A DNA stretch of 64,000 bases from a virus. Location: positions 7,682 to 71,681 of IMG/VR virus record IMGVR_UViG_3300010413_000019. The stretch is one strand, 5' to 3'. The translations under genes were made by a program, and so were the position numbers. The notes beneath the pieces are model-generated. The model made no database searches. It was not told where the DNA came from and saw nothing but the letters and a program-made list of their open reading frames with translations. Below are positions 10,269-18,129 of the stretch, piece by piece (position 1 is the stretch's first letter; each line of letters starts with the position of its first letter).

Positions 10269-10518
10269 AATTACAGTACAAATTACAGTACAAAATCGAG
10301 CTTAAAAAAATATGGCCCTATACAGTGGATTGAGTGGTGGACTGAGGACCCACCACACCACTATTTCTTAAAGTCCGATAAAGTCCGAAAACTAAGTCCC
10401 CATAGACATTTACCCCGCATTTATAATCCAACGTAGTCCAGCTTAATCCGGATGAATCCAGAAATAATTACAGTACATATTGCAGTATAAAAGTTTTATG
10501 CCGTATAATTACAGTATA
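10269..10518. mobile_element. attP-like site: integrase arm-type repeats and ~10-bp-periodic accessory-factor repeats
   Basis: AATTACAGTAYA at 10269, 10281, 10466 and 10507, plus a variant TATTGCAGTATA at 10478. AAGTCC x3 at 10371-10399 and a(a/g)tcc every 10 nt at 10425-10460. Lies immediately upstream of the integrase. Confidence 0.7.
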
Positions 10519-10535
10519 AAACTTGGAGGTGTAGC

Positions 10536-11759
10536 ATGGGTCGCACAACAAAACCTCTCAGCGATGCGGAGGTCCGCAAAGCAAAATCCCTCGAAAAGAT
10601 GTATAAGCTCTTTGACGGAGCGGGGCTCTATCTCGAGGTGAAGACAAATGGCCGTAAGGTATGGCGTACCGACTTCCGATGGGAAGGCAAGACCAAATCA
10701 TACACGATCGGAGACTATCCGACAGTGACTCTCTCTTCGGCCCGTATAACGTCCCAGGAGGTCCGTGAGGATGCCAGGAATGGCATTGATCCAGTACAGA
10801 AGAGAAAAGGCTCTGAGGGCTCTGAGAATGCTGTATCCATACAGACCTTTAAACAGGTTGGAGATGAGTTCATGGAACTCAAATCATACACGTACAGTCT
10901 GTCACACTACATGAAGCAGCACGGCCGGTTGAACAACTACGTCTACCCCTACATCGGATCCAGGGATATCAGGGAGATCACCAAGCAGGACATCATTGAT
11001 CTGATCAAGAATGTCCAGAAGGTAGAGACTAAGACCACCCGGCAGACTCAGAAGCATGAGACAGCCAAGAGAGTCTTTCAGTTGATCTCACAGATCTACC
11101 AGTACGCGGTGCACCATGACATCGTCATTGATGACATCCCCCGGAGGATAGAGTTCAGTTCAGTCATCCCCAGGATCACCCCGCAGAAGCTAAAGGCGAT
11201 CGTTGAACTCAACGGGGTCAGGATGATGTACGGGATGCTCTCGGAGTACCAGGGAGACTTCACAACGAGGAACGCATTGAAGTTCCTGGCTCTATCTGCA
11301 CTGCGGCCGGGGAACATCCGGAACATGAAGTGGGAGTACATCGACTTCCAGAATGATGTGGTCAACTTCCCAGGGGAAGCTATGAAGATGAAGGAGTCAT
11401 ACAGACTCCCTCTCACTTCCACACTGATCCAGTTGATCGATGAGATGAAACCCCTCACCCGGTACCATTCCGAGTATGTCTTCTGCTCGCCTATCGCTCC
11501 GAGCAAGCCGATGTCCGAGAACACTCTGAACTACGCCCATAAAAGAATTGGGATCGCAGACCATAATGCCCACGGCTGGAGAAGCTCGTTCTCAACCCTC
11601 TGTTATGAGAAGCAGAAGGATCACGGCTTCGGAGCTGAAGTAATAGAGAGCCAGTTGGCACACTCACTGGGGAATGCGGTGAAGACTGCCTATCTCAGGA
11701 GTGATTTCATCGTTGAGAGGCAGCTGCTGCTCCGATGGTGGGAGAAACTGATCACGTAA
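10536..11759 (+). CDS. int: tyrosine integrase, P4/IntA type with N-terminal arm-binding domain
   Basis: PLSDAEVRKAK...KLFDGAGLYL arm domain; catalytic residues R (ALRPG), K (MKMK), HGWR, LAH, AY; GGAGG RBS. Confidence 0.95.
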   Translation: MGRTTKPLSDAEVRKAKSLEKMYKLFDGAGLYLEVKTNGRKVWRTDFRWEGKTKSYTIGDYPTVTLSSARITSQEVREDARNGIDPVQKRKGSEGSENAVSIQTFKQVGDEFMELKSYTYSLSHYMKQHGRLNNYVYPYIGSRDIREITKQDIIDLIKNVQKVETKTTRQTQKHETAKRVFQLISQIYQYAVHHDIVIDDIPRRIEFSSVIPRITPQKLKAIVELNGVRMMYGMLSEYQGDFTTRNALKFLALSALRPGNIRNMKWEYIDFQNDVVNFPGEAMKMKESYRLPLTSTLIQLIDEMKPLTRYHSEYVFCSPIAPSKPMSENTLNYAHKRIGIADHNAHGWRSSFSTLCYEKQKDHGFGAEVIESQLAHSLGNAVKTAYLRSDFIVERQLLLRWWEKLIT

Positions 11760-11964
11760 GGTTTAGGGTAATTGACCAGTGAGACGCAGCATACCATTCC
11801 ATCCAGATACCCAGCACGAACATCGTAATAACAAATAGTCGCTCCAACCATTGTATGGTACCCCCAAAGGCAGTCCAGATAGTGACTGTAACTATGGGCT
11901 GTATGATTAGGTAGAGGCCTAATAGATGAACAACAAGTAACCCTATGATAATAAGAAATGTCAT
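11752..11964 (-). CDS. small membrane protein
   Basis: 70 aa with two hydrophobic segments. Confidence 0.6.
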   Translation of the reverse strand: MTFLIIIGLLVVHLLGLYLIIQPIVTVTIWTAFGGTIQWLERLFVITMFVLGIWMEWYAASHWSITLNLT

Positions 11965-12282
11965 TTATGTCTCCTTGTCTTTCATAAAACTAAATTGTAC
12001 CTGCGGCACTGAGTACTGGTTTACCGCATATTTGATGAGAAATTCCGTGTAACTTATCTGCGTACAATTAGAGAAATTTTTTACTTTAGACTGATAAGCC
12101 CACATGTGCATAAACTTGCTAGTATCTCCGTCATCAAAGATGTACTTTTTATTGGCATCATCCGGCTCAATTTCCCATAAATTTGCTGGATGACCATCTT
12201 CGCACATGTTCGAAATGATGTCGTATTCCTCCTGAGTCCAAGGTCTGCCATCATCTTTATAGATTGCTAGATTACGGAGCAT
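11965..12282 (-). CDS. hypothetical protein, tandem paralog 3
   Basis: Shares RN.A.YK.DG..WTQ.EY, KYIFD.G and Y(S/T)VPQVQFSF with the next two genes. Confidence 0.8.
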   Translation of the reverse strand: MLRNLAIYKDDGRPWTQEEYDIISNMCEDGHPANLWEIEPDDANKKYIFDDGDTSKFMHMWAYQSKVKNFSNCTQISYTEFLIKYAVNQYSVPQVQFSFMKDKET

Positions 12283-12284
12283 GA

Positions 12285-12605
12285 TTATTCCTTTTTGTCT
12301 TTCATAAAGCTGAACTGCACCTGCGGCACTGAATACTCTGGCTCTTCCTCATTATCTCGGAAGAACCCCTCAAACGTATATAATTTACAGTTATGGAAAT
12401 TTTCGTTGTTTTCTTGATCATCCCACGGAAACATGAAATATTGAAAGTCCCCATCATCAAAAATATATTTCTGTATTTTATCGGTTTTGGAAAGTTGCAT
12501 ACCATGCACATCTTCAAAATACAGAGCAATCTTTTCATATTCTTCTTGGGTCCAAAATGAGCCATCCTCCTTATAGAGAGCTATGTTACGAAGTGGTTTT
12601 GTCAT
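12285..12605 (-). CDS. hypothetical protein, tandem paralog 2
   Basis: Same motifs as its neighbours. Confidence 0.8.
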   Translation of the reverse strand: MTKPLRNIALYKEDGSFWTQEEYEKIALYFEDVHGMQLSKTDKIQKYIFDDGDFQYFMFPWDDQENNENFHNCKLYTFEGFFRDNEEEPEYSVPQVQFSFMKDKKE

Positions 12606-12928
12606 GATTTGTCCTTGAAAAAACTAAATTGAACCTGCGGTACTGTGTAGACCTCCTCGACTTCTTGCTCATCCACAAAGTAATTGTTGTACTCGAATAT
12701 TATACAATTCTTGAAATTTGGGTCTTTTTCTTGTTGTAGCCAGGGGTGCATAAACCCCTGTGGGTCATCTGTCCCATTATCAAAGATGTATTTTTCTGCT
12801 AACTCCTCATCGATGGGCTCAAATTCAGCATCTGGACCTTCGCAGAATTTAATAATCTTGCGATACTCTTTTTGGGTCCAGGGTTTACCATCCCGTTTAT
12901 AGAATGCTCTATTACGGCGTTGTGTCAT
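12602..12928 (-). CDS. hypothetical protein, tandem paralog 1
   Basis: Same motifs as its neighbours. Confidence 0.8.
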   Translation of the reverse strand: MTQRRNRAFYKRDGKPWTQKEYRKIIKFCEGPDAEFEPIDEELAEKYIFDNGTDDPQGFMHPWLQQEKDPNFKNCIIFEYNNYFVDEQEVEEVYTVPQVQFSFFKDKS

Positions 12929-12993
12929 GACCGATCCTTTCTATTCTTGGTTCCATTGAACCAACGATACAAATGAACGGGGAGATCCCCGTA

Positions 12994-13224
12994 TTACGCA
13001 GCCAACAGCTTGGCAATGTTCTTGTTGATAGCGCGGGCACGCTGAACATCAGTCTCGTGATCTTTGATCTCAGTATGGAGATCAGCAAGCTGTTCTTTCT
13101 TATCATCGATCATGACACTCTGCTGCTCAATAAACGCGTCAAGCTGTTTCTTTGTCTTATCGAAGTTTGAGACGATAGATGACAGAGATGGTGTTGACTT
13201 GAACCAGGCAATGATACTTTTCAT
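12994..13224 (-). CDS. small coiled-coil protein
   Basis: Likely start MKSIIAW at 13224 after AAAGGAGG; heptad pattern. Confidence 0.65.
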   Translation of the reverse strand: MKSIIAWFKSTPSLSSIVSNFDKTKKQLDAFIEQQSVMIDDKKEQLADLHTEIKDHETDVQRARAINKNIAKLLAA

Positions 13225-13264
13225 CCTTCCTCCTTTCTGGCTGGCGCCAAAGATAAGGGACCGG

Positions 13265-13438
13265 TCAGGCACTCTGCCTGTGCTCCAGCACCCAGTTGAC
13301 CACTTCTTCGTAGACCCAGCGGGTACATCGAGGAGTGAGTTGTACTTTTGAGGGGAAGCCCTCGAGTTTTACGAATTCCCAGGCGGTAGACTTGCTCACT
13401 TTGAGCATCTCCGCGATCTCTTTGATTGATATAAGCAT
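13265..13438 (-). CDS. AlpA-family excisionase / recombination directionality factor (57 aa)
   Basis: Below the ORF-track cutoff. Translates as MLISIKEIAEMLKVSKSTAWEFVKLEGFPSKVQLTPRCTRWVYEEVVNWVLEHRQSA, with the AlpA pattern (HTH, FP, RW, EV..W). Confidence 0.85.
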   Translation of the reverse strand: MLISIKEIAEMLKVSKSTAWEFVKLEGFPSKVQLTPRCTRWVYEEVVNWVLEHRQSA

Positions 13439-13641
13439 TATTCTCTCAAAAGTGTTTCATTGTGTTTGATGGCTCTGAGGATCTCAGATATCCGGTAGTT
13501 CTGCCGGCGCTGCCACTTGACGCTCTGGAGTTTCAGGACAAGCTCGAAGGCCAGTCTGTTCTTCTCCAGCAGAGCTTCATCATAGGGCATGTCATGCCAT
13601 GTCGCCTTATTGACACCGTAGTAGTACTTACAAGTCTTCAT
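13438..13641 (-). CDS. hypothetical protein
   Basis: Likely start MKTCKYYYG at 13641; TAATG coupling to the excisionase. Confidence 0.6.
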   Translation of the reverse strand: MKTCKYYYGVNKATWHDMPYDEALLEKNRLAFELVLKLQSVKWQRRQNYRISEILRAIKHNETLLRE

Positions 13642-14047
13642 ACAGCTCCCACTTTTTGGTTTTAGGGTTGTAGTACTCGATCCGGTCGAAGTAATCAAGG
13701 GGGACATCTTGTATCGCCACATGCCATTCATCCGGGTTAGAGCCTACTGATAAAGCACTGAAGCACAGACCGTCCCAGTTAATTGTGAATTGTTTGTACT
13801 CTGAGGCAGGAGGTATATGAAGACCTTTCCCCCAGTTATAGCGCAGTCGGATACGGCCGACAGTGTCCAGCTCTTCATGGGTATTGAGCATGAAGCATGT
13901 CTCTTCCCACTCTTCATTTGAGCTGAACCATACAAAAGGCATCTCATACGGTAGTAGTTTACTTCTATCGTGAGGAGATCTTTTTACGATCCCCGACTCT
14001 TTGATCATAATGAGCTTGGGAACCAAGGTGTAATGATAGAGGTTCAT
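13628..14047 (-). CDS. hypothetical protein
   Basis: 139 aa; begins LYHYT...VWFS, weakly reminiscent of ADP-ribosyltransferase-like folds. Confidence 0.65.
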   Translation of the reverse strand: MNLYHYTLVPKLIMIKESGIVKRSPHDRSKLLPYEMPFVWFSSNEEWEETCFMLNTHEELDTVGRIRLRYNWGKGLHIPPASEYKQFTINWDGLCFSALSVGSNPDEWHVAIQDVPLDYFDRIEYYNPKTKKWELYEDL

Positions 14048-14497
14048 TCACTGCTCCTTCAGGATCCGCTGGACCTTGTTGTAATAGGTATAGTTTTTGG
14101 TTCCACCGTTGTATCTGCTGATGGCCCCGAAGTAGCCGTGACGTTTACGGTGGTACTCGAATAGTTTGCACCCGACCATAACACAGAAAGCCCGGTTGTG
14201 GGTCAGGATATGCTTGAGTGCTTTATCCGGTACGTGCTTGACCCATCTGAGTGACTGCTCTTTCGTAGCGAGCCATCTCAGTGTAGGGATCTGCACCTGC
14301 ATAACACCGTGGCTCTCCCCATCGTCTCCGGTCACATTACGGCAAGAGGTCTCGGCCTTTGCCATAGCCAGGATGGTGGAAGGGTATTCAGTGTACTTCT
14401 CGGCTTCCTTGTAGACTGTCTGCACACACTCTTTATCGTATGCTGCGGCCTGTATGGAGAGCCAGCAAGCACATAAGAGTGCGAGCAGTAATCTCAT
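14048..14497 (-). CDS. secreted lytic transglycosylase (SLT domain)
   Basis: Signal peptide ending AAA, catalytic AET(S), GVMQV, AISRYNGG. Confidence 0.85.
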   Translation of the reverse strand: MRLLLALLCACWLSIQAAAYDKECVQTVYKEAEKYTEYPSTILAMAKAETSCRNVTGDDGESHGVMQVQIPTLRWLATKEQSLRWVKHVPDKALKHILTHNRAFCVMVGCKLFEYHRKRHGYFGAISRYNGGTKNYTYYNKVQRILKEQ

Positions 14498-14498
14498 G

Positions 14499-14801
14499 TC
14501 AATCCTTTGGTTTTAGCTGTTCGAATCTTTCGTGCAGGTACGCTACAGCACGTTCTGTCAAATTGATCTCTGCCCAGGTCTCGTTGAGCGAGAGGTATGC
14601 GCGTAATCGGATCATTAATGCAGTAAGTTCTTCGATGTTATCTGTAGCCTCGGCTTGTTCGATGATTTCATCCACAGCATCCTGGATGGAAGTCTTTATC
14701 GATTGTTCGTGCTTGTGGTTTTGGTACAAACCTACAAGTATGAGCAGCACAATGGCCAGGATAACTACACCTAACCCATAGATCATGTATTTTGGTTCCA
14801 T
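14499..14801 (-). CDS. membrane-anchored hypothetical protein
   Basis: N-terminal transmembrane helix. Confidence 0.65.
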   Translation of the reverse strand: MEPKYMIYGLGVVILAIVLLILVGLYQNHKHEQSIKTSIQDAVDEIIEQAEATDNIEELTALMIRLRAYLSLNETWAEINLTERAVAYLHERFEQLKPKD

Positions 14802-14810
14802 GTGAACCTC

Positions 14811-15368
14811 CTATTCGTAGACATCTGCCTGTTCAAGGATCTCGAGTACCTTTGCCTCAAGTTCAGCCAGGGTGCCAGTGTTTTGGATACGGTAGTCGTA
14901 AGGGTAGAAGTTCATCGCAGTCTCACTCACGTGAGTATCCGTTGACTCTGCACGACCCGTAACATTGATAGAGAAAGACCCTTTGATATACTCGGACGGG
15001 AATCGGAAGTCCGGGATGATCACTGTCGTGCCACCCTCCATCTGGTATGCCTGGATCTCTCGGATAACGACATCACGCCATACCTTTGCACCGAAGTGGT
15101 GTTTCATCTGCCCGCTGCCGAAGCGCTGCAGGAATACGCGGAAGTCCACTACAAGGAACACCAGTTGTCGGTACTTGAGGAATGCTTTGATGCGACCGCT
15201 GTTTTTGGCATACTCGAGTTGCTCAAGGGAAATACCGAATGCATCGGCTACGATATCCTTCATTGCATCAGCAAATCGGATGATTCTGCCACCGGTTGCC
15301 TTCTGAATGATGTCGGCTGCAGTGTCTTTTCCTTGGCGTTTTTGATGCCCGATCATGATTACGTTCAT
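14811..15368 (-). CDS. deoxynucleoside monophosphate kinase
   Basis: G.KRQGKDT P-loop, FADAMK, RVFLQ.FG, DFRFPSE, HVSE, NTGTL. Confidence 0.9.
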   Translation of the reverse strand: MNVIMIGHQKRQGKDTAADIIQKATGGRIIRFADAMKDIVADAFGISLEQLEYAKNSGRIKAFLKYRQLVFLVVDFRVFLQRFGSGQMKHHFGAKVWRDVVIREIQAYQMEGGTTVIIPDFRFPSEYIKGSFSINVTGRAESTDTHVSETAMNFYPYDYRIQNTGTLAELEAKVLEILEQADVYE

Positions 15369-15455
15369 TAAAAAATTTCCTTGATAAGGTTTAGGGTGTG
15401 TTTAGTGCAAATGGGTGGATTTTGGAAAAATAGTCTTTAGGTTTGACCCTTTTTG

Positions 15456-15686
15456 TTAAGGGTTCATACCTGCCGCTTTGATACGGTTTTCGAGCTTCTC
15501 TTCCAGCTCCTTGGTTCGGATCTGGCGATCTACATCCATCTCTTTTTTCATCAGGTCGATCTCGTTGTCAGACATGGTCTTACCAAAGTCGACCCAATCA
15601 CCTAAGATGTTCACCGAGTTGGTGATAACATCCATTGTCCGGCCAAGTGCTTCAAACACCTTGCCTATTGCTGTGAATGGTTTCAT
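15456..15686 (-). CDS. small helical protein, paralog of 29456..29692
   Basis: M.PF amphipathic N-terminus and coiled C-terminus; follows a hairpin promoter candidate. Confidence 0.65.
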   Translation of the reverse strand: MKPFTAIGKVFEALGRTMDVITNSVNILGDWVDFGKTMSDNEIDLMKKEMDVDRQIRTKELEEKLENRIKAAGMNP

Positions 15687-15799
15687 TGTTGACTCCTATC
15701 AGATTTGCAGTATTAAAAAGTCAATGTCATTAAAGCTCTCATCGAGCTCACCTGTACTCATTTGCAGTCCTTTACGTAGCCCGGATGGGCTGGTCTTCC

Positions 15800-17323
15800 T
15801 CAGGCTGCTTCCCCAAAAGCACGAAATACTTTCAAGTTCCGCACATGTCTCAGGCCATATTTAATACGGCCGTCATGTCGGTAGGGTTCTACCCTTGCGG
15901 TGAACTGGACGGTATCCCCTGGTTTTGCTTTTTCCCAGCGTTTGCTGTACTTGACAAAGGTGTGGTCACGCCAGTAGATACCTTCGATGAACAGGTCACC
16001 GAGAAGCATTTTGTACTTGAATCGGTAATGGGTATCGAGCTTCTCTCTGAGGAGGCACTCTACTTTTACGGTCTTACCTACGTGTTCTGACATGTCCATA
16101 TCGATACCTTTACCTGTGCCCACCTTTGAGTAACTCGACAAGGTATTGCTCTTTTGTCTTACCCTCCATCAAAGCCTTGTCTTTGATAGCCAGACCGGCA
16201 AGTAAGGCCTGTATGGTCTTTGGTTCAAGGGCGTGTAGGAGGTACTCTGCGAGGTGGGTTGATTTTGTGAATCTCTGCCCGGTAAGGTTCTCGAGTATAA
16301 ATGCGACCATCCCGTCTTCAGTTTTGTAGACTCTTTCGGACATATACAGAATACCGGTAAGGGTATTTCGATCATCCATATTTTCAATATGGTCGACGGC
16401 TTCCCCGAAAGTACGACCTTCATGGTTGAAGGTGTATTCCATCGGATCTTTGGTTAAAAATTTCATAGGGTGTCCTTAATCTGAGGGTTCCCACACATCA
16501 GTGGACTCCCCTGAGTTGATCTCGCCCTGTTCGATCATGGCAAAATCACGTTTACGTTTTTCGAGCATCTCGATCATCTGTTTTTTGTAACCTGTTGGTA
16601 GTGCATCATGGTTCTTGATGATCTCGATCTCTGTGTTGATATCAGCGATTTGCTGTTTGGGATTCATAGTGTTCCTCCTCAATGATTTTTAATACTCGTG
16701 TAAAGTAGTAATCCATCCCCCCTATGTGTAGGAAGTAGAAGGACGCTAAGATAGTGTAACCGTAAAAGACCAGCAGGAATGTGACTACGATGTCATAGAA
16801 GATATCGAACCAACGAGGTATTGATCGGACCGGTCTTTGTGGGTGGGATTTGATGACTTCATCTTTTACTAAGTAAAGGAGTACACCATATACAGCAGCA
16901 AGCCAGTAGAGAAATACCGAGAATGCCATAAAGCCTTCATGCATATACTCATGGCTGTAAACAAACATGAATAGGATTCCGAAGTTTACAATGAACCATC
17001 GTGTGGCAGAGGAGAACATATCAGATCTCCGTCAGCTCGTAGCATGGAGCGTCAAAGGTTACACCCCTGTAGCTGATAACGATTGTAGGTTCATTGTCGA
17101 ACAAGTGATAGACCACCGGATTACCATTAACGTGTCCGAAGAAACCGTTGATCTGTTGGTTCCATTCAGCCGGGTACTTACCAAAAAATACCATATCGGC
17201 TGATACGATTGTGACGTTGACAGGTGTGCCACCTACATCACATGAGTAGGCTTTACCCACGTTGAATTCCGCTGAGATAGCGGATATCGCAAGTGCGATG
17301 AGTAATAGGATTTTCTTGATCAT
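15800..17323 (-). CDS. cluster of five small hypothetical genes (15800-16141, 16110-16466, 16476-16682, 16642-17019 membrane, 17021-17323 secreted)
   Basis: Tightly packed co-oriented ORFs with RBSs; hydrophobic segments or signal peptide in the last two. Confidence 0.6.
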
Positions 17324-18129
17324 GAGATCTCCTTTTCGATGAGAGCTGCGAGGTCACGCATCTCTTTCTGAGTGTGGGCGTCCTTGAGACGCTGGTTGAT
17401 GAAGTGTGGCCATGCGTTGGGGTTGTTGGTGTACCCGCCCAGCGTGTATACGCGGTAAGCAAGCATGTCTGAACCACGGGCATATACCTCACGGCGCTTG
17501 ATGCCGAGGACTTTGTTCATGAACACTTCCAGATCCTCTGGAGCTGATCTTTGAACACGCTTATTCCAATGGATTTGAGCTGCTTCCTCTGTTGCCAGGT
17601 AGGGCACACTGTAAACGTACTCAAGATACCCGGGAGGCATCCAGTAACCGAGACCGGCTTCGGTATAACGGTTGGAGTGTGAGACCGATGTGATCTGGTT
17701 ATGTGTAGAGGCTTGGCCGTACAAGAAGTATGGTGCCTTGATCTGCACTGCACGGTAGTGGGTGAAGTCAATCACTTCCAATACTTCTTCCCAGGCCCAG
17801 CCCCATGCTAGTAGCTCGCGGGCATTGGTACAGTACAGGGTGGCGTCTTGTGAAAGAAAACCAAAGAACTGTCTTAATGCTCCACCCTCAGCTTTCCATT
17901 GCATAAATACCTCGGGTTGCGGGATGGTACACGGCACATACTCGAAGACACGGCTTGGCTTGCCGCCGTAGCTCTCTTTCAGCAGTCTGTCAAAGAGCTT
18001 GTCGTTGTCTTTGGGTGCTTTGTTACGGACTACCATGACACAGTCAGCCAGGTACTGCTTGATAGAAGCATCGGTGATCTCTGTAGGGATCTTGATTTTA
18101 GTTACCTGCATTGTCTGGTTTCTCCTCAA
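17320..18129 (-). CDS. thyX: divergent flavin-dependent thymidylate synthase (ThyX-like)
   Basis: STHNQITSVSHSNRY aligns with the ThyX RHRx7SxRY motif; C-terminal QRLKDAHTQKEMRDLA aligns with LRxxxHAQxEIRxxA. Confidence 0.7.
   Translation of the reverse strand: MRRNQTMQVTKIKIPTEITDASIKQYLADCVMVVRNKAPKDNDKLFDRLLKESYGGKPSRVFEYVPCTIPQPEVFMQWKAEGGALRQFFGFLSQDATLYCTNARELLAWGWAWEEVLEVIDFTHYRAVQIKAPYFLYGQASTHNQITSVSHSNRYTEAGLGYWMPPGYLEYVYSVPYLATEEAAQIHWNKRVQRSAPEDLEVFMNKVLGIKRREVYARGSDMLAYRVYTLGGYTNNPNAWPHFINQRLKDAHTQKEMRDLAALIEKEIS

Noticed and set aside
10190-10270. Longer DNA polymerase start given by the ORF track
   Set aside because: The 27 extra residues start at a non-ATG codon inside the att repeats; MRHI is the more typical start.
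10269-10518. Direct repeats as a mini CRISPR array
   Set aside because: The units are 12 bp, abutting or irregularly spaced, with no cas genes; integrase arm sites explain them better. The gp42-like Cas4-fold nuclease is a normal N4 core gene.
15274-15285. Additional C-GGAT-G hairpins with 4-bp stems (also 50657-50668)
   Set aside because: Short stems in mid-gene positions are compatible with chance, so they were not counted.
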